Shown here: piece by piece, positions 23,270 to 35,975 of the stretch | How positions within the stretch are numbered: the stretch's first letter is position 1 | Layout: each line of letters opens with the position of its first letter | NCBI GenBank assembly: GCA_030390025.1 | Contig: CM059433.1 | Span: 25,794,001-25,858,000, forward strand | Direction of reading: 5' to 3' | Source: Squalus acanthias | Taxonomy: Eukaryota | DNA length: 64,000 nucleotides | Notes under the pieces: generated by a model | What the model was told of the DNA's origin: nothing | The model's database searches: none | The model's input: the letters and a program-made list of their open reading frames with translations, nothing else | Translations under genes and position numbers: made by a program

Positions 23270-26200
23270 AGTTTGATGCTAAGAAGAGGAGGTGGAGAGC
23301 GATTGGGGCCTGTGTGTTTAGGCTTCATTCTGATGGCGACAGCAGCAGTTCCTTAGGCAGCTGATCCACCAGGGGAGTCTCTGGGCAGGCCACACACGTT
23401 CTGACTGTTGGAGAAGTAAAGTTGAAAATGCCGCTGCATGTGCTCGGAGCTGCTCCTGGGGATTGTGGAAGAAGGACTCGCAATCCATGGCGTAGGAAGT
23501 GATCCTGTTGGGGAAATCTTGAACCAACTGTCATGAAAGGTCCTTTAGGAGGTCCATGTAGTTCCCGTTGGGCTCCCCTAGATGGTTTTTGATTAATGAG
23601 GAAACCTCGGCCGATCCAATGAGGGGGACAACCAGTTGCAGTGTTGAGCTACAAGACGTGGTGATCTCCTCGCTCGTTCCGTCCAGGTGCAACAACAAAC
23701 GCACAAGGTTGGAATGGATCTGTCAGTAGGAGGAGGATCTGGAACCTCCGATTCCACATTTGGTCAAGTTTCCCAACATGCTGAACAGTTCAGCCCGCAC
23801 TTGATCACACTCGCCGTCGAAGAGTGGTTGAATGCTGGCGAGGATTTTCTTTACAAAGGGTTGGATGGTTCTTGCTCTCTATTTAATGATGTTCTTCGAC
23901 AGGCACGACAGCACCTCAAATGTTAGCACTTCCTCTTGGTTCTCCTTGGTCCCCAACAGACTAAGCATTGTGCTCATCACTTGAGGAGACCAGTAATGGG
24001 CTCCAATTGAAATGTTGCCAAGGTCCCTGACACACAGCAACTGGGCAACTGGACAAGAATCACGCAAACACCTTAGCAATGTGCTCATTAGAGTGTCTGT
24101 GAGCTGCAACCGTGAAACCAGTGGAGACTTTAACAGCTCTCCAAAGAAGGAAGCCACGGTGACTGCCTGTCAGTCTTGGATGGGATGGATCTGAGCTGCC
24201 AGCTCTTCCACAATGCCAGGCAGGTTGATGCCAGCATATTGAACATTAGTGAACCAGATGGGTGACCACCGCACAGTCATTGTGGAGACGAAGTCCCGTC
24301 TTCACACTGAGGACACATTCCATCGTGTTGCGTGGCACTACCACCATGCTAAATGGGATAGATTCAGAACAGATCTAGCTTTCTCACTGATAGATTTTGC
24401 TCATCCCAAATGGTAACTGCTTATTCAGTGTGTCCAGAAGCTCTCCCATTGTATTCATGACACATTCTGTGTCCTCAGCCAGTGATCTCCACATGTCACT
24501 GATGTACTTCTCCAAAGGGACAGGGTAGGTGAGGAGACAGGACACAACAGTTGCTGTGTTGTGTGAGCCAGGGTTAACTAACTGTTCTCTGACTCTTTTC
24601 AGTACCTCTAACTGTCGCCCACTCCTTTGTATTATCATTTGTGTCCAGGTCATTGTTCAGTTCTGGAGGTACCAAGCCGAAAGTCCTGGTCAGGCAGCTT
24701 TGAATCAATTGGGAGGTGTCAGCTTGGTTTGTTTCAGTGTGTGGTTGCACGAGATGCGTGCAGGCGTTCATGGCTAACTGTCGAACAGGGCTCTGGAGCA
24801 GCTATTGTGGCTCGGCCTCGATATGTAAGGGGTTCAACGGTACTGGTGCGAGGTTAGGCCTTCGTTGCCTATACTATTGCTTGCTCTGGTCTCCGGCCAA
24901 CCCTTTTGCAATAAGCACCTGTGAGTGGTTCGACCCACTCGCCCTTACGGTTCTGACACCTGGACTTAGATGCAAGGAGCAGTAATGCAGAGAAAACTCA
25001 AATAGACCCGGTTGAATAGCACAAAATGAATATCTTTATTGCATGGCGTCTAAAATCATGAAATACATGTCATAGGCGCAGATCAAAGAGAGTACAAGTA
25101 TACACACGTTCATAAAGCTTGGTCTATGGAAATGGAGAACACACGGCACATCGTAAAAAGGGGAACACATTATACCTTAACCTTATTAAAAACCACCCTC
25201 CCTTAACAATACCTAAACTACGTCTGGATTTGTAGGATCGGAAAACATGCTCACCACTCGGCTTACTTCGGAAATTTAAAAGTGAGGCACTCAGCTTGTT
25301 TCGCTGCAGCGCCTGACTGTCACGTGTTTGGAAGGGTTTCTGCACCCCACTTGTTTACTCTCGCTGCCGCGAAAGGCAAGCCAGACTCCCTGATGTCATG
25401 AAGCAGTCGATGGACTCAAACCGTCTTAGAATTCAAAGAAGAATCTTCCTGTATTACGGTACATGTAGAAGTCGGTAGAATTCAAAGATGAGTTCTGTCG
25501 TTATATATTCGGGCGCGGTCGGGGTTTACTGACCGTGGCGGCACGTGGAATTTCTTCTCGTCTTTCTTCTCGTCTTTCTTCTCGTCACTCGGGCCTCCAG
25601 GTCCAGACACTGTTTACCGACACTCGGGATGGTGTACCCTGTTACTTGCCCTTGTCGAGGCGGCTCGTTCCGATTGAGCTCCACCCAACACTCGAATAAC
25701 CGACCAGCCCGGCTAAGAGTCAAGAGTCAAGAGAGTCCAGAGAAAAATCAAGAGGCTGACAGTCCAGGAAAGAGACACAAGAGAGAGCGATGGACATTTG
25801 TCCTCTATAGTTATACCGTTTTGTCGGCCTTATCTCCCGCTCAAATCTAAATGTTTATCCTTTGTGTGATTTTGGCGCTCAAAACTCCCAGCATGGGGCG
25901 ATTATCTTCTTAACGGGTTTCGGTAGCACCTGAAACTGGCCAACTATCCGTTAATACCTTCTCCATTGTTGAGTCAGCCAGGATGTGTATGAATCGTCTC
26001 CTCAACTGGTTTTGGGGCCCCCCGAATACTGGCTTAATCACCCGCCAATGTCTCTCTCATTGTTGAGCCGGGGGGGTATTTGTGTATTGATGTGTCTAGA
26101 TGGGTTCTCGATGGCCCAGTTCAATGATCCTTACTGTGCGTAGGAAACAATTCCAGCACTTATATCATTGCTATTGTTCAAAATGCAAACGGGTTGCATC

Positions 26201-28010
26201 CTGTCTTTTTCAATGTGTACCGAGTACGATCCAATCTCATACTGAATGTATATTCGACGCCATCTTGTCTGCCCACTGTGTCTCTGGAAGCTTCTGCCAC
26301 GATGTGCGGCAGCCATTTTACGGGCTTCTGTGTCCTTTATTATCAGGACAGCATTTTGTTTAATAAAATGATAAATTGAATCTGCTTCTCTCATGTAATT
26401 TTGAATCGCGATAATTGCGAAACTCTACAGATAAGATCCTGCATGTATGTAAGCAGCACCCTGTTTCTGATAAATTGATGGGAATTTTCCTGAGATTTAA
26501 ATATAGGGATCTGGCTATCTGAGTCAAGGTCTGTATTAGGCTGAGCTTTAGTGTGAGATCCCTGGATTCAGCTGTTATCCCCTGCCCACTTGTAATTAAA
26601 TGACTAACAGCTGCCAGAATGTAGCTCTTGATGTTGAACAGCAGTTCCTCAGGTGCACAGACTGCTATGTTCCCTTCACACAGAACCAGTGTGCTCTTCA
26701 CTTTATCAGATTCCTCCTTTGCCTAAATCTGTTGGAGTTAGCAAACTCCTCCAGGCTACTGAGCGTATCATCAAAAATGTGCCTTGGCGCGGAATCCAAT
26801 GGCGAGGGCTGCTCCCTATCTCTACGCACTCTCACTATGCTGCACACTCAGTAGCATTTGGTGAAGCTCCTCCCTTACGTTTTTAGTGTGGGTCTGGCAG
26901 AGCACTGACGCAAGAGATTTATATAGAAAGCCCTTCTCTTGTGGGGAATGATGGTTAGTGTTGATTTGTTTTGATATTTCATCAGCGAGCTAACATGTCC
27001 ATTCCTCGTCATCAATCGTATTTAAAGGTAGGCACAAGACAGCCAATAATTTATTCTCCCATTTTGATTGGGACAGAGACTCCTCTGAATTTTTCAGTAA
27101 ATGGTCAACTAATGGTGCAAGCTCCTCTTCCCACCACCTCACTGATTCTGGGTGGATATTGAGACTCAGGACTTTCAGCACACTCAGTGCTGCAGCTCCT
27201 CGGACTCCTCCCTGATACAGGCAACAAGTCACAATGAGGAGCCGGGTCAGCAGTGCCTGGGCTTTAGGGAGATTGGCATCTTCATTGTAAGTCAGGGAAA
27301 AACCTTCACTACCGGCTCGCAGTTTCTTTTTCCCCAATATGTGCTGAACAACTACAGATTATTGTTAAAGGCTTGATGTACTGGGTCATAGTGACAAGCT
27401 CCAGTAAAGATGGCCAAAGGACATCCTCCATCTTCACTGCAGTTGTGATCAAACACATCACTCTTTCACGTAGTATGACTAATTCTTCATCTGTTACTGG
27501 GTGTGGCTGTTGATTGGGTGGTATCAGGGTCCCTGAACCAACTGGTACAGCACACTGTTGGATGAGGAATTACACCTTTGCCAATCCTCCCTCTGGCTCA
27601 AGGTAACCTTGCTGGGCCATGACACATATTACCTGGGCAATTAGCTTCTTCTCCTGATTGCTGCTCTTGTCTAGAAGTACTGGTTTTATTGCAAACACAA
27701 TCTGAGCCTTCTTCCTATGCAAGTGTGATGAAGTGATGAAGTGCTTTTGTACAGTGAGTGTTCCTACTCTCATTTGTTGGTCAGCGTTCTCTAACTGAGA
27801 TAAGAAAAATTCCACCATTTTGTCTGCATAAGCTGGGGCCAGAACTCTGAAACAGCGAAGGATCTCAGTCTGGTTCTTCACAGCAAGATCATCAGTAGAC
27901 TCCAGCGAAACACAAATCTGCTGGTGGAGCTTGTTAAGCAGGATGTCCATTTGTGTTTTTAGCCCGAGATACTTTATCTCTGTCACAACATCCATCTCAT
28001 GCAGGAACGC
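23270..28010 (-). pseudogene. MROH1: Intronless MROH1-like copy B, with three internal deletions, a LINE remnant (~24245-24380) and a solo-LTR insertion
   Basis: Same motifs as copies A and C plus KSTLVLCEG..DLTLKLSLIQ; reads MQDLIEAEPQ*LLQSPVRQLAM once the LTR is removed. Confidence 0.85.
24824..26429 (-). mobile_element. Solo LTR (1606 bp) related to the lokiretrovirus-like LTR
   Basis: Minus strand TGTAGAGTTTCGCAA...CCCCTTACA; TSD GATA (24820-24823, 26430-26433). Confidence 0.92.
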
Positions 28011-29676
28011 ACAGTTTGTACCACTTTGCTGTATTTTGTCCACCCCTGGGTTTCTGTGTTGTCATGGTTTTCATTGTGAGGCCGGGTTACATAACCCCTC
28101 AGTTGTGATGAGGTCCTGGGTCATGTGCCCATATAAGTCCTGCCAGATGTTTGTGGCAGTTTAAGGTGGGTGGTGGGGGTTAAGGCCCAGACCCGAGATA
28201 CAGCCCATACGGACAAGGCAACATTCGCAACCCATAGCAGCCATATTGGAATGAGCAGCTGTTTGTTCCTAATAAAGTACCCACCGCAAGACGGACACTC
28301 AGCGTACTTGTGACAAAAGATGTAGAAATGGGAGTGTAGGACAGACCTTTCCAGCAGAATTGCCCCAAATTGGGAGGTTCATGGTCAGGGATTGAAGCTG
28401 CTTAATGATGTCATCAGGAAGTTGCTGTGACATCAGAGCGGCCCGTTATGACATCAGAGCGGTCCATTGTAACGTTTGTTCCACTCGTCTCTCCTTTAAA
28501 ATCCTTGTTGTCTATTGCCTACCACCCCAGATTTCTCACCCACAAATCCTCCCTGTTTTCCTCCTTCAGCCTCTGCACTCAGTGACTCCTCATCCTCGGT
28601 CATTTCAATCTCCATCTCAACTCCCCTTATCCTTTCTCCTCCGATTTTACTGCCCTCCTGTTGTCCCTTAAACACTCCAACCCATCACGTCCACCCCTCT
28701 ACTTTGCCATCTCTCCTGGCCTCACTACTTGCATGCTCTCAATCACTGACAGGGCCATGTCTGACCATTGATTTTATCACCCGTAACCCCCCCATCACCT
28801 TCCAACCTTATTTTCATCTGTGTCCACACCTGCAAAAAACCCTCTTACAGGAAGCTAGGAAGATTAGGAATTGAAGGAGGCCATTCAGCCCCTCGGGTTT
28901 GCTCCACCAATCAATTAAATCATGGCTGATCTGTACCTCAACTCCATTTATCCAACTTTGCTCGATATGCCTTCATAACCTTACCTATCAATCTGATTTC
29001 ACTGATCAATGATTCATGTCACACCATTATGTAGCACCTATTCAGATAGAGGGCTGTACACCTCCACTCACTCAATAACACGTGTCCCAGAAGACGGCAA
29101 TAAGAATCGGCAAGTCAAAGGCCCATGGCCCATCAGACCTACATTTCTCCACCACACCGCAGGTAGACGTGCAATCCACAGTGGCTGGTAGACAGTAGAT
29201 AGTAATTAATTTGTCCCTATGTTTAGGGATATAACCTTATTACTAGTTCTACTGAAGACAGCAACAGACACTGGTACTACGATTACGAAACACTTTATTC
29301 GATTGCCGAACAACTATAAGCAACAGATGTAAATAATTCTCACATCTGGGAGCCAGTTTCAGAACGCGGATTGACCAGACCCTTGTTCTGGAGGAGAGCC
29401 CGGGAGTGTCCACCAAACTGATTCTTCCTTGTCTTCGTCATGTGCCCTCTCCTCCTGATAGCACAGTTTATTCTCTTTTTATACAAATTTGAGGTAAAAT
29501 GGACCTCCTCTGTCCTTTCTTTGGTACAGTGTCCAAGTCACAACCTTTCCTGTTCTGTGCCTGTTTTCTGTTTGTTTTCTAGCAGTAGACAAAGCTTGTC
29601 GCTGTTACAGTTTATCTTTTTCTGTTTTCTGTCTTTCTTAGCAGTTTTCAAAAGTCTGTCGATTGTTGTTAACTTG

Positions 29677-31300
29677 TTAAAAATGTGCTCCACAAGCCGC
29701 GCTCTGACAGCCCAGCCCTGTCGGGACACTGCATTGGCTCCTCTCCCGGGATGTCCAGGTCGAGACCTTGTTCCAAAGTAAATTTGTGCAGGGCGCAACA
29801 AATAACCACAATCCTGGCCACTCTCTGGGGAATACTGCTGTATGCCTCCAGACCTGTCCAGGCACCTGAAGCGTCTCTTCAGCACCCCAACGGCTCTCTC
29901 CATGACCTGCCTGGTGGAGACTTGATCTCATTGTACTTGACCTATGCCTCAGTCTGTGACGTCCGAAATGGTGTCATGAGTCATGGCAGCAGGGGCAGGG
30001 GGATACCTTGTCCCCAATAGGCCAACCATCAGGCCAATCATCCTCGCCAAACATGCAGGCTATGATGGAGTTTGTCACAGTGAAGGCATTGTACATTGAT
30101 CCTGTGTGCATGGCATTGACATGCAGGATGCACAGACGGGTGTCACATACTACCTGAACGTTAAGGGAGTGGATCCCTTCAGGAAGCTCTGCGAGTCTTT
30201 ACGGGTAACCTACAGTGCCACGAGTGCCATCAATTGTCCCTAGCACGTTGGGGCAGCCAGCTAAATGGTATAAGTGAAGTGACGTCTGCCTTTGCTCCAC
30301 CAGCGCCATTTCAAATTTAATGAAATCCTCAGCCCTGCGGAGCAGGACGTTGGTCACCTCCCGGATGCTGCCCCTCACTGCCACTGACTGACACGGCACA
30401 AGGGCCCCCATGGACACCTGGAACAAGCCGCACCCATAAAAGATCAGAGCTGTGGTGACCTTCATTTCAACTGTGATGGCCGTGCTGGTTGTCGGACGAG
30501 GCCTCAGATCCTCCCGCAGTAAATCATAGAGCTGCCCAATTGCAGACTTGGTGAGACATAGATCACCCACAACCAGCTCCTCCGATGTCTCCTCATTGCT
30601 CATGTGGGGCCTGTGCACTCGAGTGAGGTAACTGCAAGCGGGGGTGAACTCTCTTCTTGTGTCGCCTCACTTATTGGACCTCAAGCCTGCAGGCTTCGAG
30701 CCTCCAGAACTCTCTCTCCTCCTCCTTTTCCTTCTCCTCCAACATCACAAAGAAGAGTGGAATTTCCAAAAATGCATCATTTTGTTTACTGGAGGTCTGA
30801 ATTTAAACTAGTTTAAAACTCAAAATCAATGGCCAAAGCAGAAACTCCAGGCACTAAATGCAAGCAGCTGTTGTTGTTGTTGCTCTATTCTGTGATACAG
30901 TGAGGTTATAATCACTTAATTTCACTATTTTCTAATAAACTAATTGCTGCAGGTCTATAAGTTGCGTGAAATGACTGCTGGTCACATGACTATGGGTGCC
31001 TGCTGATGCCTGTGCGCTGAAGAAAATGAGCACAATTTGACGACCCCTCCTGAACGGGCACAATCGGTGAAAACTTGCCACCCCCACTATTTTGACAAGG
31101 GGGTGTGGCCAATTTTGTGGGCGGGGCCTGTTTCGGACAAAGTGATTTTTGAAGAAGCACAAAAGATCGCGGCAAACGCGAACTAAGTGGTTTGGGAATT
31201 AACTCGCTTAAATTTAAAATTCTCTGATCTTTTGCAGTGATCGGCCAATTCTGCCTGGATTGCGCTGATATAACGAACGGAAACTTGCGGAAACTCTACC
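29677..31300 (-). mobile_element. Degenerate Harbinger transposon (HARBI1-type transposase)
   Basis: GCPNVLGTIDGT and ERAVGVLKRRFRCLD; TIR-like GGGTAGAGTTTCC near 31300. Confidence 0.8.
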
Positions 31301-31542
31301 CTCCAATGTTTAAGTACAGCTAACTTTGATTCTCAAGGCAATAAATAATTGTTAGTTCATTTCTGTTGTCTGACTTCTTCTTTGATAATTGGCAAGAACA
31401 ATTCATTCGGTAGGTTGTGCGGATCCTCATGGGAGGTTGGCATTGTAAATGCTAATATAATCTGAACAAGCCAATTTTAGGCATCAGTCACTCCTAGGTA
31501 CAAACCGAGTGGTAAACTCTAGATGGTTTCTTGATGAGGTGC

Positions 31543-32685
31543 TGAAGGGATAATTACTAGTCCTAGCCCCTTTAGGGCTACCCCGGATCAGGCGTATTCC
31601 TCAGACGTTCACTTTCAACTAAAGTTTGAGGTAGCCGAATCCTAAAGATGCTTAATTGGGTCTAAAGGTCTGGACTATCTCTCCCTAAAGGAAAGTAACA
31701 ACCTTAAAATTTTACCGTCCTCTAGATAGCACTTTCAATAAGTTTAGCTAGACTGTAACGTTCCGGATATTATGAGGGTCCGGAAAACTCCCCCAGAATT
31801 CTGCAACTCCTCACCAAAGAGTGTACAGAGATTGAGTTTGTGAGTTTGATACAGAAGTCTTATGTGAGACAATTCTAAAAATATATAGATTTATTAAAGA
31901 ACCGACATGCAGTTTACAGTTGGTGAATCAATCGCAACATTAACAGTTCCAAAAAGAGAAAGCTTACAATCCTATTATCAGAGAACCTTACTCTGAAATC
32001 TTAACTTTGCTACAGTTTTACAGTTCTTAAAGTTCTATTCAGGATATCCACCAAAATCAAATACCTTTGATCCCCGATGTACAAAGAGTTGGAGACTTAC
32101 AGAGCCACCTCTGAAGCCGAGAATCACTTTGCCCCTTTAAAGTGAGTCTACTATCCCATTTGAGAGTTCAATATTTATACCCTTTTCCAATAGTATTTCC
32201 TTTAAGGTTTTCTGTTGATGTAAGCTAATTATCTCTCGTAATTTTTCTGCTGACCCCTGCAATTCTTACAGTTACCTCAGCTGGTAGCATTACAGAATTA
32301 TGTCTCTTCTCTAGGTGTTCTAAGTTTACCATAAAAAACAGTGTAATGGCAGGTGTGTTTTACTTGATGTCATTTTTACGAAGGCAGATGTTTCTTACTT
32401 TTATGTGCTTCTTTACGAAGTGTAAATTAGAACACCTTGTCCAGAGTGAACCATTGTCTTGTTCCCAAAGGTTCAGCCTACCGGAACCTTTAACCTTCTG
32501 TTTCAATAAGGTTATTGATTCAGTGTCAACAACTATCTTATCTCTATAGCCAGAATGCTTTCACAGCTTTTTCATAGTTAGGTTTCTAGATTTCCAGACC
32601 CAGTTTGTCATGTTTTAATAAGGCCAGAATTCTTTCATAGAATGGTGTATTTTTCTGAATAGGTTATATGGCTTATTCCTTCACA
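31543..32685 (-). mobile_element. Solo LTR (family 2, 1143 bp)
   Basis: TG..CA ends; TSD GTGC; minus-strand TATA-like box and AATAAA; homologous to 15115-17296. Confidence 0.88.
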
Positions 32686-33334
32686 GTGCTAAGGTGAAGG
32701 ATTAAAGAATTATCTGGTGCCCTTGTTGAATATTCTTGTCAGGGATTCCAATGCTCTTACAACTGCCCTCACCCACCCCCACCCAGCGGATTTGACCGCT
32801 AGAGGCGGGGCTGGTGGAATAATGTCATCATAATTCCCTCCATTGCCCCCAATGTTAAGGATGCAAGTGTGCTTGTGTATCAGGACTGGACCCTGGCAGA
32901 AATGGAGCCCACAGTTACTTCAAACACTGGCTTACTAAAGGCAGTTGATAGCAATGCAATCCATTGTCACTGGGGAAAGCAGAATCTTTGAATTCTTCTG
33001 AACCTTTAACGTCTCTATCCATCTTCAGCTGGAACTGTCGGCTCACCTTCACAATTACAGCACTGTGCCCCTCAGAGCTTCTTGCCCTGTCCCCACCAGT
33101 AATCCCACAAATGGCTCGGATGCCCCGCCCCTCATGCAAATGGCCCTAACCCGATGATTTGCGATGGGGTAATGCGTGCAACTTACTGGCAACTCAAAGT
33201 CCAACCCTGATGTACCACTGGAAGCAAAGAAGGGCTCCAGAAAGTTTGGGAGTAGGTCAAATGGAAATTTTTCACCCAAAGGGTTATAGAGTTGTAGATT
33301 AAATTGCCAGAGAAAAAACAGATTGACTGGTCTA

Positions 33335-33810
33335 AAAAGACTAATGAAATGTTGGCCTTTATCTCAAGGAGGCTGGATTACAAAGGGGTGGAAGTTATGT
33401 TACAGTTATATAAAGCTCTGGTTAGAGGAATGTGTTAAGTTCTGGTCACTGCACCTCAGGAAGGATATATTGGCCTTGGAGTGGGTGCAGCGCAGATGCA
33501 CCAGAATAATACAAGGGCTTAAAGAGTTAAATTATGAGGGCAGGTTTCATAAACTTAGCATGTGTTCCCATGAGTTCAGAAGGTTGAGGGGTGATCTAAT
33601 TGAGATCTTTAAAATAATAAAGGGATTTGATAGATTAGATACAGATAAACTATGTCCTCTAGTGGGGGAGTCCAGAGCAAGGGGGCACAATTTTAAGATT
33701 AGAGCTCCCCGAGGAGTTGTAAGCCTATCAAGTGATATGGATCAAAGGCGGTTAAATGGAGTTGAGGTACAGATAAGTGGCTGAATGGCCTACTCCTGTT
33801 CCTATGTTCA
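33335..33810 (+). mobile_element. CR1 LINE 3' fragment, degenerate
   Basis: LRKDILALEWVQRR..RLRGDLIE and a CR1 tail. Confidence 0.85.
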
Positions 33811-34213
33811 TTCATCTCATTACTGTCTGTGGGATTATACTGCGTGAAAATTGGCTTTCATGTTTCCCTGCAAAAGTAATCTGTTAGCTGTGAGGCACTT
33901 TGGGATATCCTGAGGACATGATAACAGTGTTACATAAATGCAAACGTTTTCTTTGCTCTCAAACACCGCCTGTGCTTTGTAAACGAGGTTGCGTGCAACC
34001 ATTATGATCTGCATAAATTGTAAAGCTCCACCATTCCGTTTGAAAAATGTAATTTCACAGATAATCTCACAGTAAATAAGAGCTGGCTCCTTCACTCTAT
34101 CTGGTTGATTTACTGCTGCAAAATCCAGTAACATTGAAAGTTTGTGCTTGTGGCAGTAGTGACAGCAGCACTAATACTAAGGCAAAATACTGTGGATGCT
34201 GGAAATCGGAAAT

Positions 34214-34387
34214 AAAAATAGAAAATGCTGGAAATATTCAGCAGGTCAGGCAGCATCTGTGGGGCGAGAAACAGAGTTAACGTTTCAGGTCCATGACCAA
34301 AGGGTCATCGACCTGAAACGTTAACTCTGTTTCTCTCTCCACAGATGCTGCCTGACCTGCTGAGTATTTCCAGCATTTTCTGTTTTT
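34214..34387. repeat. ~85-bp-arm inverted repeat made of Penelope terminal-repeat sequence
   Basis: Near-perfect palindrome centred on 34299-34302; arms match 45603-45690. Confidence 0.88.
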
Positions 34388-34474
34388 GTGACAGCATCAC
34401 TTCCTGATCACTCCTTTGCTGGATTCCGAGCAGAATTAAGAGTGTAGATAGATTATTAAAAACAAGCCACACTT

Positions 34475-35090
34475 CATAGAAACATAGAAACATAGAAGAT
34501 AGGAGCAGGAGTAGGCCATTCGGCCCCTCGAGCCTGCTCCGCCATTCGATGAGATCATGGCTGATCATCCAAACTCAGTACCCTGTACCTGCCTTCTCCC
34601 CATATCCCTTGATACCTTTAGCTTTAAGAAATATATCTAACTCATTCTTGAATATATTTAATGACTTGGCCTCAACTACCTTCTGTGGTAGAGAATTCCA
34701 CAGGTTCACCACTCTCTGGGTGAAGAAATTCTTCCTCATTTCTGTCCTAAATGGCTTACCCCTTATCCTTAGATTATGACCCCTGGTTCTGGACTCCCCG
34801 ATCATTGGGAACATTCTTCCTGCATCTAGTTTGTCCAGACCTGTCAGAATTTTATATGTTTCGATGAGATCCCCTCTCATTCTTCTATACTCCAGCGAGT
34901 ATAAGCCCAATCGACCCAATCTCTCCTCATATGTCATTCCTGCCATCCCAGGTATCAGCCTTGTGAATCTTCGCTGAACTCCTTCCATGGCAAGAACATC
35001 CTTCCTCAGATAAGGTGACCAAAACTGCACACAGTACTCAAGGTGTGGTCTCACCAAGGCCCTGTACAACTGCAGCAGGACATCCCTGTT
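34475..35090 (-). mobile_element. CR1 LINE 3' fragment
   Basis: LVRPHLEYCVQFWSP..FFTQRVV and a (TTTCTATG)n tail. Confidence 0.93.
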
Positions 35091-35666
35091 CAGCCACAGA
35101 AGAGTTGTATGTAGTTAGGATGACATGAGTTGGCCACCTCCGCCTTAAACCGTCACACAATGAATTTGAATGAATTGTTGGTGCTCGACTTAAGTTGTCT
35201 GAAATCCATATGTGAAAACTATTGGCAACATATTAAATACACACCAAATCTGTGGAGCCAGTGAGACTTTGGCTGCAAATCAGGGTGACATGATAAAGCA
35301 GAACAAGTTTGTGAAACCAAAAGTTTCTCGTCATAATGAGAATTTGATGAACTTCATCACAGAACTGCTCATCTGTAATTATTACTGCTGCAAGTATCAT
35401 GTTTAATTTTTGTAACACAATCTGATTGTTATTAGCCACCTAAAGTTCCTTCCAGATGCATACATCAATATGGAGGGCGCACATCTGGATTGGTGACCAG
35501 TTCATTTCCTGCTGGTTAAGGTGCTAAACTGTGACAATCGTAATTTTGCTTTGATTGGATTCCTAAAGTTCACAGCCAGAGGGTGTCTGGAGAGACTCCA
35601 GTATTAGAATATTACAATGTGATACTTACCAAAAATTGCATCTGAAGCATGATTAGAAAAATTGCT

Positions 35667-35975
35667 ATGGAACATCGGAACAGGAGTAGATCATTCAGCC
35701 CCTCGAGCCTGTTCTGCCATTCAATTAGATCACGGCTGATCTGTAGCTTAACTTCAACTACCCACCTTGGTTCCATAACCTTTAATACCTTGACCGAACA
35801 AGAAATTATCAATCTCAGTTTTGAAATTTTCAATTGACTTAACCTCAATAGCTTTTGGTGGAGAGTGTTCCTGATTTCCATTAACCTTTGTGTGAAGAAG
35901 TGCTTTCTGACATCACCCCTGAACGACCTGGCTCTAATTTTAAGGTTATGCCCCCTTGTCCTGGACGCCCCCACC
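35667..35975 (-). mobile_element. CR1 LINE 3' end
   Basis: SRTRGHNLKI..HFFTQR and a CR1 tail. Confidence 0.85.

Noticed and set aside
29083..29660. Possible additional solo LTR (minus-strand TATAAAA near 29480, AATAAA near 29295)
   Set aside because: No matching TSD or clear second terminus, and no second copy in the window.
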